In this document: positions 38,942 through 48,726 of the stretch, piece after piece
Numbering within the stretch: position 1 is the stretch's first letter
How the letters are laid out: the number at the start of each line of letters is the position of its first letter
Origin: Fimbriimonadales bacterium
Lineage (GTDB): Bacteria; Armatimonadota; Fimbriimonadia; Fimbriimonadales; GBS-DC
Reading direction: 5' to 3'
Assembly: GCA_025998675.1 (NCBI GenBank)
Contig: AP024673.1
Location: 459,221 to 523,220, forward strand
Length of the DNA stretch: 64,000 nucleotides
Notes under the pieces: model-generated
What the model saw: only the letters and a program-made list of their open reading frames with translations
What the model was told of the DNA's origin: nothing
Databases searched by the model: none
Program-made: the position numbers and the translations under genes

Positions 38942-38945
38942 CCAC

Positions 38946-39743
38946 CTACCTCCTGACCAGGCGATACTCTGCCTTGCCCTCCAGCACAATAGAGTCTATC
39001 CGATCCAGGTCAGTGAATCGGTAGAGGTACATGCGTACCCGCACGGTGCTTTTTCGCTTTTGGCGCAGTACATAGCAGGCGTTTATCTCTTGCGGTTGCA
39101 GTTCGACCTCTTGTAGCTTCTGGCTATAATATTTTATAGGGTGAAAAATTTGGTAGATAGAAAAGTCTTTCCTAAAACTGTTCTTTGCTTCTACGACCGT
39201 GACGACCCCGTTACACTCTATGGTAAGGTCAATTTCCATTTGCTGAGAGGTAAGGTTCAACTGCGTATTCCCTACCCAGTAGCTCAAGTCTGCACGAGTG
39301 CGACCAGGAATGTAGATTCGCGGCGCTGCTGTGATGTCCTCATAAAGGAAGTCGTGCAGAATCCGCTGATTGAATGCAAGCGAGAGTGTGCTGGCTTCGC
39401 CTGCTTCCAAGTCGTTCAGAAGACTGCTCCGATAGCGCCAGATCCACTTTTCGTTATCGTCTATAGGCTCGAAGTCATGGTACCATTTATCAAGTGCCTG
39501 CACGAATTGGTGTTGTCCTTTGCCAAGGTGCGCGATACAGTAATTTCCTTGTATCATAACATCAGGGAGCGTAGATTTACTGTCTATCTTGGTCGCATCG
39601 AAAGGATTGCCAAAACCAAATCGTTGGCAAACAGACTTTACCGCACTGTTATTGAACACAGGATTGCCTGTGCGTTGGTATTGCTGAAATAGCGCCTCCA
39701 GAACCTGCCGTTTTTTCGACGGACTCGATTGCTTGGCTGCCAT
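38946..39743 (-). CDS. Putative type II restriction endonuclease
   Basis: 265-aa ORF ending 4 nt upstream of the MTase start on the same strand. Visibly AT-richer than its flanks. Contains a PD-(D/E)xK-like pattern (EIDLTIECNGVVTVVEAKN). No family assignment is possible by eye. Confidence 0.55.
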   Translation of the reverse strand: MAAKQSSPSKKRQVLEALFQQYQRTGNPVFNNSAVKSVCQRFGFGNPFDATKIDSKSTLPDVMIQGNYCIAHLGKGQHQFVQALDKWYHDFEPIDDNEKWIWRYRSSLLNDLEAGEASTLSLAFNQRILHDFLYEDITAAPRIYIPGRTRADLSYWVGNTQLNLTSQQMEIDLTIECNGVVTVVEAKNSFRKDFSIYQIFHPIKYYSQKLQEVELQPQEINACYVLRQKRKSTVRVRMYLYRFTDLDRIDSIVLEGKAEYRLVRR

Positions 39744-39853
39744 GCGCAGCTAAATTCGCCGCCATACGCCCATTTCCTCCACGAACAAGGGGCGTTCTTC
39801 TCGCATTCTGGGTATACTCATGCACGCCCGAAGCTGGGCAGGAGAGAGGTTCT

Positions 39854-41629
39854 ATGGCGGAAGTGCGCTCGATACTGGCGACCGACTGCGGCAGCACGAC
39901 CACGAAGGCGATTTTGATAGAGAAGCGCGGCGAGGAGTACCGTCTGGTGAATCGCGGCGAAGCGCCCACCACCGTCGAAGCCCCGTTCGACGATGTGACG
40001 ATTGGGGTGCTGAACGCCACACGCGAGCTGGAAGACCTCACGGGACGCCAGCTGATTCAGGACGGCAAAATCCTCACGCCGCAGCAGGATGAGAAGCGCG
40101 GGGTGGACCTGTACCTCTCCACCTCCAGCGCGGGCGGCGGGCTGCAGATGATGGTAATGGGCGTGGTGCGCCAGATGTCCGCCGAGAGCGCACAGCGCGC
40201 CGCTCTGGGCGCAGGCGCGATTATTATGGATGTAATCGCCATCGATGACGGGCGCAAAGACTATCAGAAGATTCAACGCCTGCGCGAGCTGCGTCCCGAT
40301 ATTGTGCTGCTGTCGGGCGGCACGGACGGAGGCACAATTACGCACCTCGTGGAGCTGGCGGAGCTGCTGATTGCCGCCGACCCGCGCCCGCGCTTTGGCA
40401 CGATGAACCTGCCCGTTATCTTCGCCGGCAACAGAGACGCCCGCGAGGAAATCCAGCGCGTGCTGGGCGAGCGGTTCGACCTGCGCATCGTGGACAACCT
40501 GCGCCCTGAACTGGATCGCGAGAACCTCGGACCCGCCCGCGAAGCCATCCACGAGCTGTTTCTGGAGCATGTGATGCAGCAGGCGCCGGGCTACTCCAAG
40601 CTGATGACCTGGACCTCCGCCGATATTATGTCCACGCCGAACGCGGTGGGCAAGATTATGGTCACCATCGCCGAGCAGCGCGGGATTAACATTCTGGGCG
40701 TGGATATTGGCGGCGCGACGACCGATGTGTTCTCGGTGTTCGAAGGCAACTACACGCGCACGGTGAGCGCGAACCTGGGCATGAGCTACTCGATTTGTAA
40801 TGTGATGCTGGAGGCGGGCATTCAGAACATCCGCCGCTGGCTGCCGTTTGATATTGAGGAGTACGAGGTGCGCAACCGCCTGCGCAACAAGATGATTCGC
40901 CCGACCACTATCCCGCAGACTTATGAAGACCTCTTGCTGGAGCAGGCGGTCTCGCGTGAGGCGTTGCGGCTGGCGTTCATTCACCACAAGCAGCTGGCGC
41001 GCGGGCTGAAAGGCGTGCAGCAGCAGCGCACGATTGGCGAGGCGCTGGATCAGACCGAGACGGGCAGAACGCTGGTGCAGATGATGACGCTGGATATGAT
41101 TATCGGCAGCGGCGGGGTGCTGAGCCACGCGCCCAAACGCGCCCAGTCCGCGCTGATGATGATGGACGCCTACCAGCCTGAGGGCGTCACGATGCTGGCG
41201 GTCGACTCTATTTTTATGATGCCGCAGCTGGGGGTGTTGTCGACGGTGCATCCGGAGGCGGCGGCGCAGGTGTTCGACCGCGACTGCTTGATTCGGCTTG
41301 GTTCGTGCGTGGCGCCTGTGGGGCAGGGCAAGGACGGCGAGCCGTGCCTCACGATTGACTACAACGGCAAGAGCGAGACCTTCCGCTACGGTGAGTTGCG
41401 CGTGTTGCCGCTGGGCGTCGGCGAGACGCTGCAGGCGACTCTCAAGCCGGCGCGCGGATTCGATGTCGGCGCAGGTAAGGGACGCCCTGTGGAGGCGACG
41501 CTGGAGGGCGGCGTGGTCGGGATTGTGGTGGACACGCGCGGACGACCACTGCAACTGCCCGCCGACGACGCGGCGCGCCGCCAGAAACTCATCGACTGGA
41601 TGAGCGCGCTGGGGCTGCCCAAACCGTAG
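39854..41629 (+). CDS. GlmL/MutL-family (glutamate-mutase-accessory-like) ASKHA ATPase-fold protein
   Basis: ILATDCGSTTTKAILI N-terminus and a second VDIGGATTDVFSV phosphate loop, about 590 aa. This architecture matches what I recall for the MutL (PF13941) family. No mutase subunits are adjacent. Confidence 0.55.
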   Translation: MAEVRSILATDCGSTTTKAILIEKRGEEYRLVNRGEAPTTVEAPFDDVTIGVLNATRELEDLTGRQLIQDGKILTPQQDEKRGVDLYLSTSSAGGGLQMMVMGVVRQMSAESAQRAALGAGAIIMDVIAIDDGRKDYQKIQRLRELRPDIVLLSGGTDGGTITHLVELAELLIAADPRPRFGTMNLPVIFAGNRDAREEIQRVLGERFDLRIVDNLRPELDRENLGPAREAIHELFLEHVMQQAPGYSKLMTWTSADIMSTPNAVGKIMVTIAEQRGINILGVDIGGATTDVFSVFEGNYTRTVSANLGMSYSICNVMLEAGIQNIRRWLPFDIEEYEVRNRLRNKMIRPTTIPQTYEDLLLEQAVSREALRLAFIHHKQLARGLKGVQQQRTIGEALDQTETGRTLVQMMTLDMIIGSGGVLSHAPKRAQSALMMMDAYQPEGVTMLAVDSIFMMPQLGVLSTVHPEAAAQVFDRDCLIRLGSCVAPVGQGKDGEPCLTIDYNGKSETFRYGELRVLPLGVGETLQATLKPARGFDVGAGKGRPVEATLEGGVVGIVVDTRGRPLQLPADDAARRQKLIDWMSALGLPKP

Positions 41630-41656
41630 GCGCGACTTCAGGTATTATTGTCAGCG

Positions 41657-43435
41657 ATGGAACGCTGGGCAGAACGGCAGGAAGTTCTCTCGATACAGTG
41701 GTTGGCGGATGCGCTGCGCCGGCAGTGGAGGTGGGTCGCGGCGGGCGTCGTGCTGGGCGTCGTGCTGGCGCTGGCAATGGTGGTATTCGGCGAGCGGCGC
41801 TACGAGGCGGAGGCAAAACTGCTGGTGGAAAGCCCAACAGGCGCGGGGTTGGGAGGCGGCAGCGGCGCGCTCGCGTCCCTCATAGGCGCAGGCAGCCCGG
41901 ACCTGAATACGCAGGTGGAGATTCTGCTCTCGCGACCGCTGCTTGAGCAGGTGCGACAGCGATCTGGCATCGACGAGCCGTACCGCGACTTCGCGAAGCG
42001 GTTCCGTGCGTCCGCCCTGCGCAACACGAATGTCGTGCAGCTGACCACATCGGATGCCACTGCCGAAGGCGCGCAAAGGCTGGCGCAGACCTGGGCGCAG
42101 ACCTATCTGCGGTATGTGCGCACCCTGTACGAGCAAAATCCCACCACACTGGTCGAGAAACTCAGTCGCGAGCTGGACGCGCAGGAAAAACGCCTGCAGG
42201 AAGTGAGCCAACAGCTCACGGCATTTCTCAAGCGACAGCAGATGGTCGCTCCCGAAGCGGAGTTGACCAAAGCGATCGAAAAGTACGCTGATTTGCAGGA
42301 GCAAAGACGCACGCTGGAATCGCAGCGCCTCGCGCTGGAGCAGCAGATCGACGCCATTCAGAAACAGCTCCAGCGTCAGCCGCGCTTTTACGAAGCGGCG
42401 CGTAACCTTGCTGTCCCGCCTGAGGTGCAGCAGTTAAATGCCCAAATTGCGGAGCTGGAAATTGAACGCAGCGGCTTGCTGCAGGAATTCCAACCCAGCG
42501 CGCCCGAAGTTAAGATTCTGGAAGAGCAGATTAGGCAGGCAACGCGCGAGCGCGAAGCTATCCTCGCCCGTGCCATAGACCAGCAGTTTTTAACCCTGTC
42601 CAAGCAGGAATCGGTCAATCCTGTGTATCAGGATTTGTTGAAAGCGTTGTTGGAGGCACAGAGCAATCTCCAGGCAACTCAGGCGTCACTGGGTGTGTTG
42701 GGGCAGCAGCAAGCGCAGTTCGAGCGTCTGTTCCGCCAGACGCCCGATGTGATGGCAGAGTACGCCGACCTGAAGCGCCAGTACGACGCCGCGCTCACCA
42801 TCTGGACAGAGAAAACGCGCGCCTACGAGCAGGCGCGCGCGCAGCAACTCATCGGCAAGGTCTCGCCTATTTTGTTGCAGCCGCCTGCTGTACCAGACCG
42901 TCCTGTGTTCCCGCGCCCCGTGTTTTCTACAGGGCTGGGCATGGTGTTGGGGCTCATGCTGGGGATTTTTATAGCGCTGGCTGCGGCGTTGCGCAACCGC
43001 GCGTTGACCAATCGCTGGGAGGTGGAGCGCTTGCTGGGTGCGCCTGTGCTGCTGGAAGTACGCGGTTCGATAGAGCCTGCACAGGCTCAATTGCTTGGCT
43101 GGCAGCTGCGCGCGCTGGGTGGTGGCGAGGGCTGGCACACCGCCGCGGTGATGCCTCTTGACGCGCATGCGAAACCCTTTGCCCAGCAGCTGGCGCGCAC
43201 TTTTGAGCCGGGAGGCGCGTCCGATTTGGAGCCGAGCCTGCCTGCTGTACCGTCTGCGAACGGGGTATTGCGTCTGCAGGCAGCTTCGCCCGACGCGCCA
43301 AATGCGCCTGCTGCAGAGCGGCTGATTCTCGTCGCGCCCAGAGGCTACCGACTGGATGAAGCGACCTATCGAATGCTGCAACAGACGGGCGACCGACTGG
43401 TGGGCGTGGTGCTTGTGGAGGAGGGCGGCGTATGA
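41657..43435 (+). CDS. Polysaccharide co-polymerase (Wzz/GumC-like) with degenerate C-terminal kinase-like region
   Basis: N-terminal TM (WVAAGVVLGVVLALAMVVF), a long coiled-coil periplasmic region, and a second TM (GLGMVLGLMLGIFIALAAAL). The C-terminal domain lacks a G-x4-GK[ST] Walker A. Confidence 0.7.
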   Translation: MERWAERQEVLSIQWLADALRRQWRWVAAGVVLGVVLALAMVVFGERRYEAEAKLLVESPTGAGLGGGSGALASLIGAGSPDLNTQVEILLSRPLLEQVRQRSGIDEPYRDFAKRFRASALRNTNVVQLTTSDATAEGAQRLAQTWAQTYLRYVRTLYEQNPTTLVEKLSRELDAQEKRLQEVSQQLTAFLKRQQMVAPEAELTKAIEKYADLQEQRRTLESQRLALEQQIDAIQKQLQRQPRFYEAARNLAVPPEVQQLNAQIAELEIERSGLLQEFQPSAPEVKILEEQIRQATREREAILARAIDQQFLTLSKQESVNPVYQDLLKALLEAQSNLQATQASLGVLGQQQAQFERLFRQTPDVMAEYADLKRQYDAALTIWTEKTRAYEQARAQQLIGKVSPILLQPPAVPDRPVFPRPVFSTGLGMVLGLMLGIFIALAAALRNRALTNRWEVERLLGAPVLLEVRGSIEPAQAQLLGWQLRALGGGEGWHTAAVMPLDAHAKPFAQQLARTFEPGGASDLEPSLPAVPSANGVLRLQAASPDAPNAPAAERLILVAPRGYRLDEATYRMLQQTGDRLVGVVLVEEGGV

Positions 43436-44562
43436 GAGCGTTCTGGGGCTTGCTAACGGCGCTGATGGTGGTTATGGTTTATGCGCAATCCGCCGATTAC
43501 ACCCTCGACACGAGCGATGTGATTACCGTGGTGGTGCTGCGCCATGAGCAGTTCAGCGGCGAATATACCGTGCCGCCTGATGGAAGTGTGGTGTTTCCCG
43601 GCGTGGGCAGCGTGCAGGTGCGTGGGCTGACCTTACAGCAACTGAGCGAGTTGTTACGGGAGCGGCTGGCGAGTAGGTTGCGCAATCCTGAAGTGTTCGT
43701 TTCGCTCAAGCAGGCGCGCCCGCAGCTGGTGTTCGTGGAGGGGCAGCTGAATCGACCGGGCGCGTATCCGATTCAACCGCGCTGGCGTGTGGCGGACGCC
43801 ATCGCGGCTGCGGAAGGCTTGAAAGCCCTCCCGGAGCGCACTGTGGCGACCCTCATTCGTGGGGAGCAGACCCTTTCTATTGACCTGCCTGCGATTCTCC
43901 ATCGCGGCGATCAGCGCACGAACTACCTCCTGCAACCGGGCGACCTGCTGAGCGTGCAGCAGAAGCCCGCCATTCGAGTCGCCATTCTGGGCGAAGTGAA
44001 GCGTCCGGGCAACTACGACCTCGACGCTGGTGTGCGCGCCCTACAGGCAATTGCGCAGGCGGAGGGCGTCACGGAGTCCGCTGCTCTCAAGCGCGCCTTC
44101 ATCGATCGGCAAGGAGTCATTATCCCCTTCGACCTTTACCGCGCCAGTGTGCAGGGCGACACCAGCGAAAGCAATAACCCAGCCCTGCAGGACGGCGATG
44201 TGATTGTCGTGCCGCAGAACCTGCAACGGTATGCCATCGTGGGGCAGGTGGCGCAACCAGGCTATTACTCTATCCCCGAAGGCAAGCCGTTTCTGCTTTC
44301 CGATGCGATTGCGCAGGCAGGCGGTATGACCCCCCGCGCGATTACCTCGTCCGTGACCGTGTTGCGCCTTGAGGGCGACTCCCTCAAACGCCTGCGTGTG
44401 CCCTACCAGCAGTTCCTCAAGCGCGGCAAACTGGAGGCGAACCCGCCCGTTCAGGAAGGGGATGTAATCTACCTTTCAGAAGTGAACCGCCTCGAACTGG
44501 GACAGATTTTGACGGCGGTCTCCATTCTCAATCTCGCGGATCGATTGGGCTGGGTGCGGTAA
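43432..44562 (+). CDS. Polysaccharide export protein (Wza-like; Poly_export + SLBB repeats)
   Basis: Signal peptide, then YTLDTSDVITVVV ... VPPDGSVVFPGVGSVQVRGLTLQQL, and repeated SLBB-like units (GDVIVVP, GDVIYLS). Confidence 0.8.
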   Translation: MRAFWGLLTALMVVMVYAQSADYTLDTSDVITVVVLRHEQFSGEYTVPPDGSVVFPGVGSVQVRGLTLQQLSELLRERLASRLRNPEVFVSLKQARPQLVFVEGQLNRPGAYPIQPRWRVADAIAAAEGLKALPERTVATLIRGEQTLSIDLPAILHRGDQRTNYLLQPGDLLSVQQKPAIRVAILGEVKRPGNYDLDAGVRALQAIAQAEGVTESAALKRAFIDRQGVIIPFDLYRASVQGDTSESNNPALQDGDVIVVPQNLQRYAIVGQVAQPGYYSIPEGKPFLLSDAIAQAGGMTPRAITSSVTVLRLEGDSLKRLRVPYQQFLKRGKLEANPPVQEGDVIYLSEVNRLELGQILTAVSILNLADRLGWVR

Positions 44563-44571
44563 AATTAGGGC

Positions 44572-46404
44572 ATGCAGTTCCAGTCGCTGGGGGCGTTGCT
44601 CTGGTTCATACCCGTGGCAGGGTTTATCATCCTGCTGTACCTGCTGAAGGTGCGGCGGCGCGAGGTGCGCGTGCCCGCGAAGTTCCTCTTTCCCGCAATT
44701 ACGACCGATGTGCGGGCGAACGCGCTGTTTCAGAAGCTGCGCCCGAACCTGCTTCTGTTTTTGCAACTGCTGGCGGCGCTCTTATTGCTGACCGCCCTCG
44801 CGCGCCCGATGATGCAGGCAAAGGGGCTGCCCGGACAATCGGTCATCGTGGTGGACACCTCCGCCAGCATGCGGGCGACGGATGTGTCGCCCTCGCGCCT
44901 CGACGCCGCCAAAAACCGCCTGCGCCGATTCGTGCAGGAACTCAATCCGGGCGAGCAGCTGGCAATCATCGAGGCGGGCGCGCAGGTGCGTGTGCTGGCG
45001 TCGCTCACCAGCGATAAGCAGAAGCTGCTCAGCGCCATCCAGCAAATCCGCCCAACGGACACGGCGGGCGCCCTGGACGAGGCGCTACGCCTCGCCGCCG
45101 CGCTGGTGGGCAAATCGAACGAGAGCCGTATCGTGCTGCTCTCCGACGGCGCGTTCCCGCCCGTGAGCGACTTTTCGGCGGGCAGCGCAAAGCTGGTGTT
45201 CGAGTCGCTGGGCGCAAGCCGCGACAACCTCGCGATTACCGCGATGGATGTGCAGGAGCGCGGCGGCGGGCTGGAATGGTTCGTCGGCGTCCGCAACTAC
45301 GGCGAGCAGCGCAAGCAGGCTGTGCTGGAGTTCTACGCAGGCGACAAACTCATCGACGCGCGCGCCGTCACGGTCGAAGGCGGGCAAACTGTCGGGCAGA
45401 CGCTGACGGCGCGTCAGCTGCCCGAACCGCTGGAGGCGCGCCTCAAGGTGGACGATGCGCTGGAGACGGACAACCGCGCCTTCCGCGTGGGCGTGCTGCA
45501 GAAGCCCGTCCGTGTGCTGCTGGTGGGCGAGGGGAACTTCTTTCTGGAGCGCGCGCTCGCGCTGGAGCCGAATGTGAAGCTGGAAAAATCGCCCAGTGTG
45601 CCCGACAGCGAACGCGGCGAGCGCGTGGGCGGGAGCAATTATGAGCTGATCATTTTTGATAGGGTTGCGCCTGTACCCGTCAGAGCGCGCGCGGTGATGG
45701 TCATCAAAGCGCCGGGCGGTCCGATTGCCGCGCTGGGGCAGCCCGTGCGTGCGCCGCGCGTCGTGCTGTGGGAGCGCGAACACCCGCTGATGCGCTATCT
45801 GGAGCTGGGGAGCCTTCTGATTGACAGCGCGCCGCGCATCACGCCCGCGCCGTGGGCGAAACCGCTCGCTGAGAGTCAGCAGACGCCCCTGATTGTGGCA
45901 GGCGAGCATCAGGGCAGGCGGTGGGTCGGTATTGGATGGGACCTGCTGGAGTCAGATTTCCCGCTGCAGCCCGCGTTTCCGATTTTCATCGCGAACCTGT
46001 TGCGCTGGGCGGTCGGCGAGCTGCAGACCGCAACGGATTTGACCGTGCGCACGGGCGCGCCCTTCAACCTCGCCGTTGACCCCGCCGAGACCGAACTCAC
46101 TCTGCGCGACCCCGACGGCAACACGCGCGCCTTCCCCGTGAATGAGGGCGCGGTCGTGATTCCCGGACTGGAGCGCGTCGGCGTGCATACCCTGCAGGGG
46201 CGCAAAACCGAGATTCGGCTTGCCGCGAACCTGATGCACGCCGACGAGTCGAACATTCAGCCGCGCACGAGTATTCAGCTGGGCGGCAAATCGATCGCGG
46301 CGCAGAACACGCTCACCACCCTGCGCGATTTGTGGAAGCCGATTGCGCTCGCGCTGCTTGCGCTGCTGATGGTAGAGTGGTGGGTGTTTGTAAAGCGGTC
46401 GTGA
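44572..46404 (+). CDS. BatA-type membrane protein with von Willebrand factor A domain
   Basis: N-terminal double-TM Bat-type motif (LLWFIPVAGFIILLYLLKVRRREVRV), VWA MIDAS (VIVVDTSASM), and a C-terminal TM. Confidence 0.75.
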   Translation: MQFQSLGALLWFIPVAGFIILLYLLKVRRREVRVPAKFLFPAITTDVRANALFQKLRPNLLLFLQLLAALLLLTALARPMMQAKGLPGQSVIVVDTSASMRATDVSPSRLDAAKNRLRRFVQELNPGEQLAIIEAGAQVRVLASLTSDKQKLLSAIQQIRPTDTAGALDEALRLAAALVGKSNESRIVLLSDGAFPPVSDFSAGSAKLVFESLGASRDNLAITAMDVQERGGGLEWFVGVRNYGEQRKQAVLEFYAGDKLIDARAVTVEGGQTVGQTLTARQLPEPLEARLKVDDALETDNRAFRVGVLQKPVRVLLVGEGNFFLERALALEPNVKLEKSPSVPDSERGERVGGSNYELIIFDRVAPVPVRARAVMVIKAPGGPIAALGQPVRAPRVVLWEREHPLMRYLELGSLLIDSAPRITPAPWAKPLAESQQTPLIVAGEHQGRRWVGIGWDLLESDFPLQPAFPIFIANLLRWAVGELQTATDLTVRTGAPFNLAVDPAETELTLRDPDGNTRAFPVNEGAVVIPGLERVGVHTLQGRKTEIRLAANLMHADESNIQPRTSIQLGGKSIAAQNTLTTLRDLWKPIALALLALLMVEWWVFVKRS

Positions 46405-46431
46405 GCGCGAATCGGGTACACTTCAGCCTCG

Positions 46432-48039
46432 ATGCCCGTTCTGCAGAGCAATATCAACCCGAACGACGAGGAGTTTCGCGCGAATCGGGCGCACTTCGAG
46501 ACGCTTTTGCAGCAATACCGCGACGCGCTGGCGTGGGCGCAGGCAGGCGGCGGCGCGGACGCGCTCGCCAAGCACCGCGCCCGCAACAAACTCACTGCCC
46601 GCGAGCGCATCGACGCGCTAATTGACCCCAACACGCCCTTTCTGGAGCTTGCGCCGCTGGCGGCGTATGGCATGTACGGCAACGAGGCGCCATGCGCAGG
46701 CATCGTGTGCGGCGTCGGCGTCATTCACGGCAAAGAGTGCATGATTGTCGCCAACGATGCGACGGTCAAGGGCGGCACTTACTTCCCCATCACGGTCAAA
46801 AAGCACCTGCGCGCGCAGGAGATTGCGCTGGAGAACCGCCTGCCGTGCCTCTATCTGGTCGACTCGGGCGGCGCGTACCTGCCGCTGCAGGCGGAGGTGT
46901 TCCCCGACCGCGACCATTTCGGGCGTATTTTCTACAATCAAGCGCGCATGTCCGCGCTGGGCGTCCCGCAGATTGCGCTGGTGATGGGTTCCTGCACGGC
47001 GGGGGGCGCGTATGTGCCCGCGATGAGCGACCAGGCGATTATCGTCAAGCAGCAGGGCACGATTTTCCTGGGCGGCCCGCCGCTGGTGAAAGCCGCCACG
47101 GGCGAGGTGGTGAGCGCGGAAGAGCTGGGCGGCGCGGAGGTGCATACCCGCATCTCAGGCGTCGCGGACTACTTCGCCGAGAACGACCTGCACGCCATCC
47201 AGATTGCCCGCGACATCGTGGCGCACCTGAATATCACTAAACACCTCCCCGCCGACCTGCAACCGCCCGAAGAGCCGCGCTACGATCCCGCCGAAATCTA
47301 CGGCATCCTGCCGCGCGACCTGCGCCAGCCGTTCGAAGTGCGCGAGGTGATTGCCCGCATCGTGGACGGCAGCCGCTTTCTGGAGTTCAAGGCGCGATTC
47401 GGGCAGACGCTGGTGTGCGGCTTCGCCCACATTCACGGCTTCCCCGTTTGCATCGTCGCCAACAACGGCATCCTGTTTTCCGAGAGCGCGCAGAAGGGCG
47501 CACACTTTATCGAGCTGTGCTGCCAGCGGCGCATTCCGCTGGTGTTCCTGCAGAACATCACGGGCTTTATGGTGGGCAAAAAGTACGAGAACGAGGGCAT
47601 CGCCAAGCACGGCGCGAAGATGGTGACGGCGGTCGCCAGCGCGGAAGTGCCCAAGTTCACGGTGGTGATGGGCGGCTCGTATGGCGCGGGCAACTACGCG
47701 ATGTGCGGGCGCGCCTACCAGCCCCGCTGGCTGTGGATGTACCCCAACGCCCGAATCTCAGTGATGGGTGGGGAGCAGGCGGCGAATGTGCTGCTGACGG
47801 TTAAGTTAGACCAGCTGGCGGCGAAGGGGCAAACCATGAGCGAGGAAGAGCAAGTCGCCTTCAAGCAGCCCATTCTGGACAAGTACGCCGAAGAGAGCAG
47901 CGCGTTTTACAGCACGGCGCGCCTGTGGGACGACGGGATTATCGACCCTGCGGATACGCGCACGGTGCTGGCGCTGGCGCTTGCCGCTGCCTACAACGCG
48001 CCCATCCCAGAAACCCGCTTCGGCGTGTTTCGGATGTAG
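46432..48039 (+). CDS. Acyl-CoA carboxylase carboxyltransferase (beta) subunit, methylcrotonyl-CoA carboxylase MccB-like
   Basis: 535 aa. Two crotonase-like CT halves ([19 protein letters not shown] ... [15 protein letters not shown] ... [16 protein letters not shown]). Confidence 0.85.
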   Translation: MPVLQSNINPNDEEFRANRAHFETLLQQYRDALAWAQAGGGADALAKHRARNKLTARERIDALIDPNTPFLELAPLAAYGMYGNEAPCAGIVCGVGVIHGKECMIVANDATVKGGTYFPITVKKHLRAQEIALENRLPCLYLVDSGGAYLPLQAEVFPDRDHFGRIFYNQARMSALGVPQIALVMGSCTAGGAYVPAMSDQAIIVKQQGTIFLGGPPLVKAATGEVVSAEELGGAEVHTRISGVADYFAENDLHAIQIARDIVAHLNITKHLPADLQPPEEPRYDPAEIYGILPRDLRQPFEVREVIARIVDGSRFLEFKARFGQTLVCGFAHIHGFPVCIVANNGILFSESAQKGAHFIELCCQRRIPLVFLQNITGFMVGKKYENEGIAKHGAKMVTAVASAEVPKFTVVMGGSYGAGNYAMCGRAYQPRWLWMYPNARISVMGGEQAANVLLTVKLDQLAAKGQTMSEEEQVAFKQPILDKYAEESSAFYSTARLWDDGIIDPADTRTVLALALAAAYNAPIPETRFGVFRM

Positions 48040-48041
48040 CC
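47899..48041 (+). repeat. Left copy of the 143-bp direct repeat (3' end of the carboxyltransferase gene)
   Basis: Hand alignment with 56687-56829 gives 134/143 identical positions and the same length. Both copies end with the stop codon followed by cc. Confidence 0.85.
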
Positions 48042-48128
48042 CAGTTAACGCGCCCGCGCCGCCGCCCCCGTGAACCCGAAATCGGCAAATCTTGCGCACA
48101 CTGGCAGGATTTGGGGGCGTTGAGGGCG

Positions 48129-48134
48129 TATAAT
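48129..48134 (+). promoter_or_regulatory. Candidate -10 box (TATAAT) upstream of the sigma-like gene
   Basis: Perfect tataat 30 nt upstream of ATG 48164. No convincing -35 at 17-nt spacing. Confidence 0.3.
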
Positions 48135-48163
48135 CTTTTCACTCGCATCGCCCGAAAGGGGCT

Positions 48164-48632
48164 ATGAATCTTTCATCGGAAACACTGGCAACGCTGGAGC
48201 AGTGGTTCCAGACCGCTGTTGCCATCTGTCGTCGGAAAGGGCTGACCGAGCAGGACGCCGAAGACTGCGCCGCTGAAGTGCGTCTGCACCTGCTGCGCCA
48301 CTTGCAGCGGGGCGGACTCCTCTCGTATGCATACTTCCTGCGCGTGCTACAGGGCTGCCTGGCTGACTTCTGGAGCGCTCAACTGCCCACCGTGCCCCTT
48401 GAGGTCGCCGATTTGTGCGGGGGGGGGGGCGTTCTGCGAGCTGGCAATCACGGTACGCCTTGCGCTGGAGCAGCTGGAACCTGCCGATAGAGACCTCCTC
48501 TGGCGGCACGATGGGGAAGGCTATACCCTGAAAGAGCTGGCGCTCCATTTTGGCTGCACTGAGGTGTGCCTGCGGCAGCGGTTGCATCGCGCCCGCCAGC
48601 GCCTCAAGCGCCTGCTCGCCGACACCGAATAG
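48164..48632 (+). pseudogene. ECF-like sigma-70-family factor split by a frameshift in a G11 tract
   Basis: The 5' ORF (48164-48490) looks like region 2 (DAEDCAAEVRLHLLRHL...FLRVLQGCLADFW). The 3' ORF (to 48632, other frame) is a region-4 HTH (LEPADRDLLWRHDGEGYTLKELALHFGCTEVCLRQRLHRARQRLKRLL). Removing one G (G10) joins them into a single protein of about 155 aa. Confidence 0.6.
48419..48429 (+). repeat. Homopolymeric G11 tract
   Basis: tgc-ggggggggggg-c, counted from both overlapping ORF translations (CGGGGV / CAGGGAF). Confidence 0.9.
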
Positions 48633-48726
48633 CCCTTTTTGCCCCCAAATCGGCAACCCCCTGTCACATTTTGGCGGTTTTTGGGGATTCTAAAGACGGA
48701 TTTCGCACACAGGAGGTTTGAGGGCA

